Source: the human T2T-CHM13v2.0 reference genome, Homo sapiens. Taken from it: a DNA stretch of 64,000 nt. The notes under the pieces are model-generated. The model did not search any database. It was not told where the DNA came from and was given only the letters and a program-made list of their open reading frames with translations. The stretch is taken from NCBI RefSeq assembly GCF_009914755.1, contig NC_060930.1; one strand, written 5' to 3'. Positions 20,766-35,949 of this stretch are shown here, piece after piece. Position numbers and translations under genes: made by a program. Within the stretch, counting starts at the first letter, position 1. Each line of letters starts with the position of its first letter.

Positions 20766-21225
20766 GAGCAAGAAAGCCTTGCTAGATTATATGGATGTTT
20801 CATTTATATTTCTCTTCCCTTATTCATATGGTCTTCCTATCAGTGGAAACTATGGAGAGTCATCCCTTCCTGCAGCATATGCATAGGACTGCACAAACTA
20901 GACTAAAAAACATGATAGTGGGCCTGTGGAGATCAGTTTTACTGTTTCTTCCTGTAAGTCTCATGATAGAATCAATGGAGTAAAGGTACAGCATAATGAG
21001 GGCTATAAATCATAATATAAAGAGGATATATAGAAATTTGAAAAATCTGCAAGGTTTCTCCTTTTATATGTGGATTTTGGTTAATCCTGATTCCTTTCTT
21101 TAAAAAGAAAAAAGAAAAAAAAAGATTTGTGGTTGCCAGGGGCTAAAGGGGAGGGGAGAAAGTTGAATATGTGAAGTATAGTGGATTTTGTTTGGGTGGT
21201 GATAATATTCTGTATGATACTGTAA

Positions 21226-21552
<327 letters not shown>

Positions 21553-22077
21553 GACACTATGCATTTCTCACAACCCATAGGACTTTACAGCAAAGAGTAA
21601 ACCTTAATGTATGCAAAATTTCCAAAATTATTTTGGAATTTGGAGGGTTCCAGGATGAAATATAGACTGTGACAATATAATCTAATTGTATTTCAAAATG
21701 TATAGAACAACCTCACTGAAAGGTGTTGGGATAAAATTTGCTGACCTAAGTCCATTTGAAAATGAGTAATCTGTAAGACTAAAAGAGAAAGGAACAGCAC
21801 ATAGGTAATGTACTGTAGTTGATATAGTTATTTCCCACAGTGTTATGAGTCAACAATTCTGATACTTCTGTGTATGTGTACTAGAATTGAACAATTAAGT
21901 AAATGAATGGCAAATAGTGGAAGCCAGGTTTCTTACTATTAAAGTGTAAATTTAAAGGTAAGCAAAGGGAGGAGGCTAGGATGATCCCTATTGTAGTAGA
22001 TTAGAGTTGGACACACCAACATAAACTCCCGTTTGGCTTAATATAGATGCAAAGAGTTTTACATGTAGATATGTTTA

Positions 22078-22285
22078 CAGATGTTCCTGAACTTTGATAT
22101 TCAGATAATCCCATCATAAATTAAAAATATTGTAAGTCAAAAGTGCATTTTCGACTAAGGTATTTTCAGCTTATAATGGGTTTATCCAGATATAGCCCCA
22201 CTGTAAGTTGGGGAGCATACTGAATGTGCATGATTTTTTGCACCATGATATAGTTAAAAAATCATCATAAGTCAGGGACTGTCTG
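22078..22285. mobile_element. MER47/Tigger5-type Tc-mariner MITE
   Basis: TA|CAGATGTTCCTGAACTT...AAGTCAGGGACTGTCTG|TA termini with TA target duplication. Confidence 0.7.
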
Positions 22286-22397
22286 TAAATACACAGGTCA
22301 GTATACACACATGTATTCCTTTGCCCTGTCAGCTGAGAGGGCTAAGAGTAAATGATACTCTACAGGCAACAAGCACACGTCGCATCCAGATTTTGGT

Positions 22398-22708
22398 GTT
22401 TTTTTGTTTTTTTGTTTTTTTTTTGAGACAGAGTCTCGCTCTGTCTCCCAGGCTGGAGTGCAGTAGCGTGATCTCTGCTCACTGCAAGCTTCGCCTCCCG
22501 GGTTCACGGCATTCTCCTGCCTCAGCCTCCTAAGTATCTGGGACTACAGGCGCCCGCCACCATACCTGGCTAATTTTTTTTGTATTTTTTAGTAGAGACG
22601 GGGTTTCACCGTGTTAGCGAGGATGGTCTCGATCTCCTGACCTCGTGATCCGCCCTCCTCGGCCTCCCAAAGTGCTGGGATTACAGGCGTGAGCCACCGC
22701 GCCCGGCC
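22398..22708 (-). mobile_element. AluY
   Basis: AluY-type CACTGCAAGCT and GGATGGTCTCGATCTCCTGACCTCGTGATCC; CpG-rich; TSD CAGATTTTGGT at 22387 and 22709. Confidence 0.93.
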
Positions 22709-24344
22709 CAGATTTTGGTTTTTAATACCATTTTCCAATCTAAGTAACCAGAAATCCTTGAAAAAATAACTAGCTCTAGGACTGGGGCAGGACATGTGTA
22801 AGAAGAGCCTGGTATAACTTTCTGTAGTTATGCCAGAAAGTAAGGAAGTACTCAGAGAAACCACCCCCCCCCAATTTTATGGATATGGCAAAGGGATACC
22901 GGAACCAAAGCCTAAAGCTGAAACATTTTGAGTAGCAAATTAAGGTAGTATTGCACTGTAGCCCAAAATGTAAAACAAATAGCCATGAACCAAAAAAGGG
23001 AGGGAGGGAGCGAGGTGGGGAGGGGAGAAGAAAGAAAGAAGAGATAAATTTCCCTTGCCAAAGAATTCAAAATAATTTATGTAGATACTCCACCTTCAAG
23101 GAGGTGGAACATAACACCCCATTCCTTAAATGTAGGCTGCACCCAGTGACTTCTTCCCAAAAAGTGCAGTATGAAAAGAGGGAAAGAAGAGTATCTTTAA
23201 AATGGATACACCTGACAAATACTACCTCAATCACATGATCAAGGTCAACATCAACAGTGATAAAAAATGTTGATAGTATGTACCCTTAATATGATTTGAT
23301 GAAAATAACAGTTTACCTCTGTGGTCTTTCTTCCCCAAATCCACAACCCCAGTCTAATCATGTGAAAACATCAGACAAGTTCCCAAAACATTCTACAAAT
23401 GTATAATTAATACTCCTAAAAATGATAAAGGTCATCCAAAACAAAGAAAGTCTGAGAAACTGTCATAGCCAAGAGGAGCCTAAGGAAACATGAAAACTAA
23501 AATAATATAGTTAGTATTCTGGAGGGGATCCTGGAAACGAAAGGAACATTAGGTAAAATCTATGGAAATTTGAATAAAGTACAGACTCAATATTGGTTCA
23601 ACAATTGTGACAAATGTACCATCCTAATGTAAGATGGTAATAATAGGGGAAAATGTGTGTGAGGTATATGAGAACTCTTTTATCTTTGCAATTTCTATTT
23701 AAATCCAAAACTGTTCTAAAAATGAAGATTATTTTTAAAATCATAAATAATAAATTAAAAGTGAAAAAATAGTTATAACCTTTTACAGTAATTTCAATTC
23801 TGGGAATTTATCTTGAAGATAAATAACTACTATACATTTTACTGTAAAGTAGGTTTAATATATATCTTATTATAAAGTAGGTTTATTAATAGCACCTACA
23901 GCATACACATGTTGTAAGGCCTTAAATGAGGTCAGCCATATAAAGTAGTATGAGTACTCAATAAATATTGGTTGCTAGTGTTTTTGTTATTATTCAAAGC
24001 TGACTCCGATTCAGGCACAATCATCAAAGAATTGACAGTATAGTAAAGATAAGTAAAAAGATTAGTATAATAAAGTGTAATAAGTGATGATAAATGTCTC
24101 TTTACTTACTGTATGACCTTGGCAAATGAATTAATCTCACTGCCTCTGCCTCCAGAACCCAATACATGTAGCAATAATGATGGTATTGACAATATTAACC
24201 TCCACAACAACCTCAATGACAACATGAAGGCAGAGATCTGATGGGGTGCATTGAAAACAGAAGAATCTCTTCATTTTGACCGGAGATGTCTGTGGCTTAC
24301 TAGGAAAGGTAATGGCTAAAAGGTATGCCATAAATAAATATTAA

Positions 24345-25090
24345 CAAATTCATTTGTTCATTCAACAAACATTCACTGAGTATCTATGTATGTTGAATTT
24401 GCTGTGTACTTCAGGTGCTATCCTTGCCTTGAAGTTTCTCATAATCTAGAGGGAAAGACAGATACAGCAATACATACAGTAATTTCAACACTTTCAACGC
24501 AATGAAATAAGTGCAGTGAATGGCTAAGAGCCCAGATGTTAGTCCTCAAAATCTAGCCAGTGTGGGGAGGAAGTAATCATGGAAGATTTCCCAAAGAGAT
24601 TATCTATGTGTGCCAGTTGAGGATGGAATAACAGTTCCCATAGTGGAGACATTTAAAAACATAACCTGAAGGTGAGAAGTAGCATGATATGTATATGGAA
24701 TAAGAAGCAGTTGAATGTTGGTCAAGTTTAAGACAGGGAGTACCAGATGATAGAATTCAGGGATAAAAGCCTTGGGACTTCATGTTGAGGAGCTTGGACT
24801 TTTCCTATATACAAACAGTTTAAATGATAATAAACCTAACAGTAATCAGATTATATTTGTAGTTTAGATAATTTTGATTTGATGTTTGAAAGATGAATTT
24901 GAGCCGGCAACACTCTTTACAGAGAAACCAGGAAGTTTTTGCAATAGTGCAAGGAAGAGTTGATGAGGCTGTGAACAGTCCATCAGATGCTGAGAAAGTG
25001 AAGAGATAGATTTGAAAAGTAACTTGTGGAATTTGAAAACCTGATGAGCATGAAGGAGCAGAAAAAGGAGGACTCAACAGGCGACTCAAA
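24345..25090 (-). mobile_element. L2 remnant
   Basis: (TTCA)n end CATTCAACAAACATTCACTGAG followed by typical antisense L2 body. Confidence 0.6.
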
Positions 25091-25369
25091 CATGTGTGTC
25101 CAAATCAACTGTTGATTATTCTCCTTTCCCTCCCTGCCATGGATGTGCAGGCGATATTCAAATGAGTCTGGGGATAAGGGTGTGGAAGGCCTTATTTGTA
25201 GCATTTGCCAATCTTTATGATACATCATAGATACTCCCTCCATGGCTGATTAAGCCAGGTGTCATTTCATCACTGAATGCAGAGTTGGAAGGATATGCTT
25301 GCACTCAGCTCACATGAGCTACTGAGAGTCTGTTCCAGCACACCACTGCTACCCACCACATCTAATTAA

Positions 25370-25990
25370 TTATTCAGACCTACCAGTTACACCTCCAACA
25401 TATATCATGGGTCTGCATTTCTACTACTTTGGAATAAGCCACCATTATCTGCTGCTTGGACTCCTTATGATGAGTCATTCTGCTCCCAGTCTTGTCCCTC
25501 TCTACCAGGACTATCAGATCAAGCCAATCAATCCCATACTTGTATGCTTTAAATGGCTTCCCATCATTTTATAATAAATTATTCACCATCACGACCAAGT
25601 CTGTGCACATACTGACTCTTGCCTATTCACACCACCTCCCTCCCCAGGCTGTTCTTCAAACACATTGAACTTTTCCTCACTCTAATCCTTTTATTCGTCA
25701 TTCCCTCTACCTGGAATATTCTGCTCTGAGCTCTTCTAGTCTCAGCTCATGTGTCACCTCCTCAGAGAAGGCTATTTAAATTGAACTCTACTTGTCATCA
25801 CCCAGTTTATTTCCTCCACAGTACTTATCATTAGCTAAAATTATCTTGTTTGATTAACTAATTCATAAAGCTTATTATCTTTCTACTGGAATGAAGGCTC
25901 CTTGTCTGTCTTAGCCCCTCTGTATCTCCTGTGCCTAGCATCTGGTCTGAGACATTGCTGCTACTCAACAAATATTTGAAGAATGAAAGC
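25370..25990 (+). mobile_element. L2 remnant
   Basis: L2 3' end TGTCACCTCCTCAGAGAAGG...CTCAACAAATATTTGAAGAATGAA. Confidence 0.6.
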
Positions 25991-26372
25991 ATAAATGATA
26001 CTTATAAGGTTTAACTTGGATGATGAGTAGATAGAAATGTAATCAACCGAAGCAGAGAATGGAAGAATAGATCTGAAGAAACAACTGAGTTTAGAACTTA
26101 GATTTCTTTGAAATATTAAGCTGAAGAGTTTATTACACTAAATTTACATTCATATTAATTTTATATGCTATATTGTATATATTAACTTTTTACCTCTCAG
26201 TAATGAATAATATTTTAATTGATAATTTCATAATTTTTACAAGATAGCCAAATAAAATTTTGGCCAGGGAGTAAAAGATGAAGCTGATAAGCATTATTAC
26301 ACTTGAATTTTTCTGGGCTTCTTAATTACATTATTGAAATTTAAAAAATTTTTCAATTATAAAATTAGCAAG

Positions 26373-26732
26373 TGATACGGTTTCACTTTGTGTCCCCACC
26401 CAAATCTCACCTTGAATTGTAATAATCCACACGTGTCATGGGAGGGACCTGGTGGGAGGTAGTTGAGTTGTGGAGGCAGGTTTTTCCCGTGTTATTCTTG
26501 TGATAGTGAATAAGTCTCCCAAGAGCTAATGGTTTTTTAAAGGGGAGTTCCCCTGCACATGCTCTCTTGACTGCCATCATGTAAGATGTAACTTTGTTCC
26601 TCCTTTGCCTTCCACCATGATTGTGAGGCCTCCCCAGCCATGTGGAACTGTGAGTCAATTAAACCTCTTTCCTTTATGAATTACCCAGTTTTGGGTATGT
26701 ATTTATTAGCAGCGTGAGAACAGACTAATACA
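26373..26732 (+). mobile_element. THE1 (THE1B/C-like) MaLR solo LTR
   Basis: TGATACGG...GTGTCCCCACCCAAATCTCA...GACTAATACA; 5-bp TSD GCAAG/GTAAG. Confidence 0.92.
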
Positions 26733-28484
26733 GTAAGTGAATTTAATTTTGAACTGAGAGATTTTATCCTTAATCATTTTGAAACCTGTCTTTCTAGCTA
26801 CTTGGAAAAACACTCAACCTATTTCAACCATTGTAAAAACTTGTGATTATCTGCAAAGAACATTGAGTTTACTTGAAAACTTTAGTAAATGAATTCCAAG
26901 AGGTGCTTTTCTATGTATATTTTCTGTATATTGCTATCTACATTACTATATCCAAGGAAGTCAAAAGGAAGAAAGCAATTTAAATGTCTTGTAATTTATT
27001 TTAGAGACCTAATTGTGCAGTTTTTTGCTCTTAGTACCTCACCACACTCTTTAAGGTTAGATCTTTTTTTTTCTGTATGTATATACATAATGTATATATA
27101 TATTCCTACTTCCTACCTCTCCACCACCCCCACTACCACCTTATTTCCCACTACCCCGTCACTTTTGAGAATTAATCAAGAGTGATTTTCCTACCACATT
27201 GCTGCTTTCCACAACTTTTATCTTTTCTTTGAAAACAAATACATCAGTGAATTTCCTATCTGGGGGCAATGGGTATTTTTTGGAGAAAAGTTTTTTGTAA
27301 AGTGGAAAGTTTTGTCTGTGGCAGAGCATACATAGGATTAAATTTCAGGAGTTGGCAGTGAAGTAAGATCTAAATGATTATAAAATCTTCGCTAGTTATA
27401 AAGCAAAGTAGAAAGTGAAAGAAATATTATTCCCTCATGCTCTACCGAGAAGACCATTTTACTGAGAAACTAAATCAAGTCTGTAAATAATGAGGTCTAT
27501 CTGGTAGAGCTAACTTACTGATCAGCAAACTCACAAATTTTTATTGCCAAAGGCTAATTAAATTCAGCAGGATTTTCTATATTATTAGTAAGTTTTTGCC
27601 CAGAATCATTCAAAAGATTTCCAAATAAGAGATGACATGTGAATTAATGTTGGGCACAACAGCCATAAAATTGTGAAATAATTGGTCCCAGTAAATTTCT
27701 GGTTGTGTATATTTATGTATTCCATTTTGATCTAGAATAAATAAGGGTAAGACAAAGGAAAACAACATGTTCTGAGCATTTTACTAGATCCTAGCTAGCA
27801 GGTTGGATTTTTTACTTATGAGGATTTTCCTTTAGCATTTTGTCTGTACCAGATCATAGATTTTATGAAGAGCAACTAGGAAGGTACTGTGTTATAATGG
27901 AACGCGTCCTGGACTAGAAATCCAGAGACTTCAACTCTATTTTTATCTCTGGCCCTAATGTGCGTGGGCATGTACAAGTCTCTAGTCTCTTTATGGCTCA
28001 ACTCTATCTGATAAATGAAGATAATGCATTCCCTATCTACATCATATAGTTGTTGTGTGGGTCAAATGAGATAATGAATATTAAAATATGTTTAAAGCAT
28101 GGCATTTTTTTTTTTACCACTGACATAGTTCACTACCAAATTTACCTAAAAATGAGTAAGTTCTCCACTGGAAATTGAAAAACATATTTAAAAGATATAT
28201 TTCTCTTTTCATTAATAATTGAACTTAGTAACCATATGTAATGTTCTAAAATTTACTTGGCATGTATGAAAGGGAAATAATCATTGATAAGTATTTCTTT
28301 CCATGGAGGAAAAATTAAAGTCATCTTATGTATTGTATAGTATATTCTCATGTTGAAAGAATTTCTCCCAATACCAAAATAATATAAAAGAATCATACAG
28401 GTTTGACCACCACAAATGTATTTTATCTCTGTCCCCTGAGAGCAAATACTTCTCCCGCTTCTTCCTATATCATGTTTCTTCCCC

Positions 28485-28774
28485 CTTTTATAGAGGCAGT
28501 GTCTCACTTTGTCACCCAGGCTAAAGTACAGTGGCACAATCATAGCTCATGACAGCTTTGAACTCCTGGGCTCAAGTGATCCTCTCACCTCAGCCTCCTG
28601 AGTAGATAGGACTACAAGTGCACATCACCACATCCAGCTATTTTAAATTTTTTTTGTAGAGATAGGGTCTAACTATGTTGCCCAGGCTGGTCTTAAACTA
28701 CTGGCTTCGAGCTATCCTCCCGTCTCAGCCTCCCAAAGTGCTTGGATTACAGGCACGTTCTACCACAGGCAGTG
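28485..28774 (-). mobile_element. AluJ
   Basis: Antisense dimer with J-type ATCATAGCTCA...TTGAACTCCTGGGCTCAAG. Confidence 0.88.
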
Positions 28775-30050
28775 TATATTATGTTTTCTATTCAGATATT
28801 ATATAGAAGGTGAGGGAAATATATACTTCCTCTATCAAGTGGTCTTAGAAGGAAAGCCCAAGAGGTTCTGCACAGCAATTTTCAGCCTCCCAGAAAAAGC
28901 TGACATGGACAACAGCCCCCAAAGGATCCTTGATCTGCACCAGCATTGAGGAGGACAACACAAACAGGTGTTCACGTTTTTGAGGAAATAACTAGGAGAG
29001 AAAAGAAAGAAGGCCTTAGCAGAGGATTAAGTCCTATAAAGCAGTAAGAGTTATTTAAGGGTAGGGATTGTATCCTATTCATCCTTGTATCTGTGGTACT
29101 AAGAACAGTGTCTGGTAATGAATAGCTCAGTATAGATGACAAATATTAAATTGATGAATGAATGAATGAATAGATGGATGGATAAATAGATACCATAGAT
29201 GTATGCAGAATAATAATGATCATTAGAAATATTTGCATCTTGTATCTAGATTTTTGGCCACTTTGGAAAAACTAGAAGATTGGCAATAATTGATGGAGTA
29301 TGTGCGTTCCAGGTCATTGCAGTTTGCCAACCTTACCCCATGTACTCCTGCTCTCTCAGACCTGACCTTGCCACTCCTCTCATTCTTGGAACACTGCTAT
29401 TACTACATGAAGATTCACATTCCAGCCCATCTTCCCTCATCTAGCACAGTCCTGAGAGACCTGGCCCGTCTTGATCCCTTCCTTTTCTAATGCGTTCCTG
29501 GGAAACCAGGTTAGTTCTGGGACTGCCCTGATCCAGTATCTTCCTCATACCTGAGCAAGTGCAGCCTCTTCCTTCAGCTGTAATTTTCATAAATGCACCA
29601 ACAAATGAATTAATGAACAAATGGTATTTCTGTTACTCGTTGTCTGATGTTCCACACTGCACAATGTAGCATGTAATCCCTAAAGATCCACTCTTATGCC
29701 TAACCCTCCTTTGGGACCCAAGGAAATGCTGCTTCCAGCCTCTTGTCTTGTGTCCTTTGGAACAAAAGGCAGTTGCATCCATGATGGTTTGTGGATTGCA
29801 CCACCACCGGAGATGGACACTGCTTCCGAGGATTAGAGTGGTAGAAGTGCTTAGGTAAGAGAAAAGACAAGTTACTTGGACATGTTAACATGTCAAGTTC
29901 TTCCTCTTACTATTATTCCTAGTTGTGTGGAAAATCCGTTTTGTTGCTTCTCTTTGTGTGTCAATCTGTGGGTCTGAAAGCCTTCAATTAAGATAGTATT
30001 TGCAATAGTTGCACATGGCAACGGAGTAATACTTGAAATATTAAAGAATT

Positions 30051-30345
30051 CATGTTGTGGTCCAATATGGTAACCTTAGCCACGTGTGACTTTTGGGCAC
30101 CTGAAATGTGTCCAGCTGAGAAGCGTTATAATTGTAAAATATACTTTTGTGTGTTTTTCAATTTTGAAGACAGTATAAAAAAATGCAAAAAATTTTAATA
30201 TATAGATTAAATAAAATATATTAAAATAAATACTAACAATATGTTAATGTTTTCTTTTAAATTTTTCTAATGTGGAAGAACTTTTAATGTAAAAAATTTA
30301 GAAGTTGTATATGTGGCTTGCACTGTATCTATTGGACAATGCTGA
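30051..30345. mobile_element. MER3/MER33-type hAT-Charlie element
   Basis: GTCCAATATGG...TATTGGACAATGCTG inverted termini. Confidence 0.65.
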
Positions 30346-30659
30346 TCTAGCTATGACATATATAAAATGTGATATTGATTCTTATATTGAAAACTAGATG
30401 AACATTTAATGCTAGAATTGTGAATAGTTTTATTTTTATGAAAATATCTAATGTTTTAAATTTTCAAAAATGAATTTTAAAATTTAACTTTAGATAATGT
30501 TGATTAAATTTTTGTATATGCATTAGTTTGTATTTTGACTTTTAGTTTAATAAATAATTTTGAATATAAAAAATGACTTTTTGAAAAAACACGAAAAATA
30601 ATTCTAATTTTATATTTATTATAATTTTTGCTGAAATTTTGTAATTATAATTAATTTTG

Positions 30660-31158
<499 letters not shown>

Positions 31159-31367
31159 TTAGTCCTTTAGGTTAGTACTCTCAATAGAACATAAATTGTC
31201 TGAAAGTCTTAATTAACACAACATAATAAGTGATATTTTTCTAATGAAAGTAAGAAAAATAAATGTATGAAATAAATCAATTTATAAATAACTTATAAAT
31301 TATATTGTTTCATGTTATAATTCAAAAATGATTGGCTTATCAACAGAAATCCCAGCTGAACATGGGG

Positions 31368-31583
31368 GCTCATGAGTTTAAGACCAGTCTGGATGACATA
31401 GTGAGACCCCTCTCTCCACAAAAAATGAAAAAGCTTGGTGTGGTGGCATGTGCCTATAGTCCTAGCTACTTGGGAGGCTGAGGTGGGAAGATCACTTGAG
31501 TCCAGGAGTTCAAGGTTATAGTGAGTCACTGCACTCCAGCCGAGGTGAAAGAACAAGACCTTGTCTCAAAAAAAAAAAAAAAA
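31368..31583 (+). mobile_element. 5'-truncated AluJ
   Basis: Partial left arm, right arm and A-tail. Confidence 0.82.
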
Positions 31584-34500
31584 ATCCCAAAAATAGAGTA
31601 ATAATTAAATTCAAATAACTTTTCTTTTTTGCCAAGTATCAATAACATGAAACTGTAGTGTCAAACATGTATTTCAATTTTGTTATTACAGATGTATCAT
31701 TATTGCACAGAAGGAGAGAACATATTTAATATTACAGCTCGTTTGCATGACATTTAAATATTTAGACAAATAGTATATGGACCTCTATTTGCACTATTGC
31801 CCTGGATCTCACAAATGTTAGGATGGATCTTTTCTGATCATAAGTGGGGCCCATGGTAACCAGAAAGTTTTCAGTGAAACAAGATGTTCTCCATGGAATT
31901 GCATCACAGCTGAAGCTTCCATGGCTTTTGAGGATCCCTCAGAGCTGACAGTGTTGGTATGGCCTCTCAAGGTCTGTGTGAAACAAAATACAGTCTCTCT
32001 CCTAACCCATCTGTATTTTTACTCCTAAGCCTGGTAGGAAAGGGATGGACCTAGGAAATAGGTGGGAAAGAGAATGAACCTGACAACATCCTTGCATATA
32101 TGTCTCCTTACTTCTGCCCTTTCCTGGGTGAATTAAATAGCCTGGTTGAAAATTGCTGAGACAGATTTAAAGAAGCTCAAAGCTTCTGCAATATATGCAA
32201 TATAATAGCTGTGGTGCCAGCTTTTGGTAGAAACTGGGTCAAAGGGTGGAGTAGGTAGAAGCGATGCTCTTCAAAAGCTACATCTGCCAACGGAACTACG
32301 ATCGAAGAGACTTTTGGAGAGTACAAAGGAAAGTTGTAAGCTGAGTTGTTTATTAGGTTGATTCTCATTATTTTAATAATACATGAAAAGGGTCAACCCT
32401 AAAATGTATCAATCCAATATGGATAAATACTGTGAATTATACCTATCTATGGACAAGCTTTACTCACCTCTGGAAATTTATGTCTATTTTCAATGACAGA
32501 AACTGTAGAGCTGTGAATAACCATTTGATAAGAAATAAAAATGCACTGGGAAGCAAAAGTCCAGAATTCTATTTCTAGTGTTGGTATATCCAAGCCATAT
32601 ACCCCCAGGGCAAATCACTAAACTGGTCTAGGCTTCAATCTCCTACCTGCACACTGCTGAAAGAAAAAATTGTGCTGCCTATCTCATAGACTGATATGAG
32701 GATCAAATGGGACCATTTAAGTGAAAGCACTTTGAAAATTGTAAAGTGGTTTACAAATATAAAACATTGTCATTTTTTGTTTCACTCTGTGATATTTCCT
32801 TCAGGAAGTTAGGACTGATTACTATTGTTACTATTACCATTATATATTGATATGAGTTTATTTGATGTGATTATATAATAAGATATATATTTTTTAAATG
32901 ACTATAATTTTGAATTCTAATTCACCAACTATCAAATAGCAAAACTTTGTTAATGTATTGTCCCAGAGATCCTTGTTTTTTAAAACCTCATCTATTTTAC
33001 TCACTAATATAGGAATGCTGTTTTCCCTTGAATTCCTATTACTCTTTCCCTCACCTTTGATTTTTAAAATTCAAATCGTTTATTTTCTACAAGATACTTA
33101 TGTTGTCAAAATAAATATTACCATTTTATCATTGTTTGCTTTTCTTCTGTCTCTCCATCCTGCACTCATCTACAGTGATGATGGAGAAGGAGCTTCTTAG
33201 TTTTTCTCAGCCTGCTTGATTTTAGAGGAAAGGCACCCTCGTTGCCCCCTTCTTTGCCCCAGAGGCACCTGTGGGTTCTGACAGGACTAGTCCAGTTGTT
33301 GGACACTCCCTGGGCAGCCTTTCCCTATCAGATAAAGCAGGGAGTGAGCCTCTGACAGGTACATCTGTCACTATCCTGTGTGTCCATGGCGCAAGTGGAA
33401 CTCTAATCAGACTAATGTTGTGCAAAGACTTTGTGTGGGCGACGTCTATCCTCCACCCCAGATGAATGACTTACTGCATCTGTGTGCTCAAAGCAAATGA
33501 AACTCTTACATACCTTTGAAATAAAAGAGAACAATATGAAAGTATTAGGACATTGGTCCTATCACAAAAGATGCACATTTCATTATGTGAAAAGGAAACT
33601 TCAGGCCTCAACGTATTAGATAAAATAAGGTATTTTTTATCGCTAACTCAGGAAAGATTTTGAACCTTTTTGTATTCAGGTGGCAAGTAATTCAGGCCCC
33701 TCATAGAAGATACCATTAAAATATAATTTAAAATAGGAAAGAGAAACACATACATATTAGAAAAGGCTTTGACCATTCCTCGCCTTCTATTTAATCTGCA
33801 GAAATTATTTTAGAATCTCAGAATGCTATTTAGCTTTATTATCACAGCTCTATGTTAGTAAAGTTAATTGCGTGTGTGTTTTAGTTGTTATAAATGTTCT
33901 GTAGAGATTCATGTTAATTACATTTTGAGAAATATTATTTGCAAACAGGTGGCCGGTTACTTTATATTTCCTTTCTGCGGAGTCAAAGGGTGGCATGACG
34001 ACTAAAGGAGCTGGCTTACTTCTGGGGGCACTCAGAAGGCCACACCTTCAGCACAGGTACTATGAGCCTTCTGATGATTCCCGTCACTGAACGTGGACCA
34101 AAGCAGCAGAGCCCCTGAAAATGTCCTGGCATTTCAGCAGAAAACAGTGTGAGCAAATGATTAATGACTGGGGTCTTCCTGAGTCTTAGTGATACATGAG
34201 GTGCAAGGTACAGCCTTGGGCTGGTGGAGCCTCAATTACTACTAAATTTCTCAATAGCCTATAGGAACAGGGCATGGAGTTGGATTTCAAGTGATTTACA
34301 GATTATAAACAAATATGATGGTTCTTGAACTTTTGAATTTGTGAACTGAGGTTCTGCTATTTTTATGTTATGGCATTCAACATACAAATTTACAAACTGA
34401 ACAAGGCTTAGAGGTAATTAATTATTAACTCTTAGCTTGAACAAGAGGTTACTTTTCTGCCGACCTTAGAATGGTTAGGTTCACAGATATATAATAACAA

Positions 34501-35949
34501 TCTTCATTTTTTCCCTTGTCCTTTAATTGTAAAAACAGAGTAGCAAAATATACAAATTAAACTTTATTTAGAAAAAGCATCACAATTTCATCATCCAAAA
34601 GCAACAACTATTTTAATGATTTATATATCCTGTCATTCTATATACTTGTATAATAACAAGTAACCTGTGTTCTCAGTTTGAGGAGTATCATGGAGGAATT
34701 TGAGCAGAATTGTCCGAAGCCCAAATTCCTTCTTGTTCTTGGCAGAGTATCTTGTGAGGTGGTTGGCTTCTGTATTCCCTTTCATGGTCTTTAAGTTGCT
34801 CCTGCTGCCACCTCATGGCCTCTGCTGCTGTTGGCTGTGTTTATTGCCAAGGGTGTGGGATGGCTTTATGTGGTTTGAAGGTTTGTTACAGCTGAGTTCA
34901 TTTGAAGATTTTCTTGTGTGTCAAGATAGCAGTTTCAGCTTGAATCTGGGCCCGTCCAAGCATGTCAAGGGAACTTGTGAAGCCAGCCTATTTTCCTGGA
35001 ACCTGAAGAGCCTATAGGAAAGAGCTTGAGCTTTGTCTCCTGCTTGGGCCACTAGGCATTTTGAATAAATTGTGAGATACCCTGACAGCAGTCTAATTGA
35101 AGGAGGGCTGTAGAGTCCTCTGGGAGAGAACTCATCCTAAGGGTGGAAGGTGGGAGCCATAACGAGCCCCCCAGTTTCTTCCCAGAGGAGAATATGGATT
35201 CTGAGTATAACTTTGTGACTGTGATTCATATCTGTTCCCAGCCAAATTCCATAGATTCATGTGTGGGTCCTAGGCAAACTGAGAGCCATAGGTAAAAACT
35301 GAAAAAACATTCAGTGAACACTATAAAATATTAAGGCACACACGCACACATAGTGCACTGTTTTTAACGCCTCAGATTAAAAGTTACAAGGGAGAGAGAG
35401 GTAACTACAGCAGAGTGTTTGCCATAGATCACCGAGCTTTATTGCTGTGAAATTTTCAGAAATGCATGGAGTGTGGTAAAGTCCTTTGTGGTCAGTGGAG
35501 CAGCAGTGGAGGGTTTGCTGAAGAATGGTATGATTGGAAGAACAGGACCTAGAAGAGTAATAGTGATCTTTGGAGGATAAATGTGGTGTCTACAAGGCAG
35601 TGAGAGCATTAATAAAGCTAGATTTTTTCTTAATCACAACTGAGACACTCCCTGGGGACTCTCAGAAATGCTGAAGGGGACCAACTTAAGGACTGAGGAC
35701 AAGCATTATGCAAATAAAGGAAATAAGTCCTGAAATCAGGCAGTCTTCATGTGACCCTGAATGTACCTACAGGCTGGTGAAACCTTGGCAAACTTGCATT
35801 TCACTTGCATTTGCCTGGTCCCTCAGAGCAGGCTCTGAACCCACATATGGTGTGTACTGCTACAGTTAACTACTATCTGGTCCAAAGTGTCTGGCCTGGA
35901 TTTTTTACAGTGTTCCTGGCTTTATAACTCTTGACTGATTATTCTTCTT

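Noticed and set aside
33990-34040. CTCF-like motif CTTCTGGGGGCACT (a similar weak one near 57118)
   Set aside because: Several mismatches in the core; cannot be supported without ChIP data.
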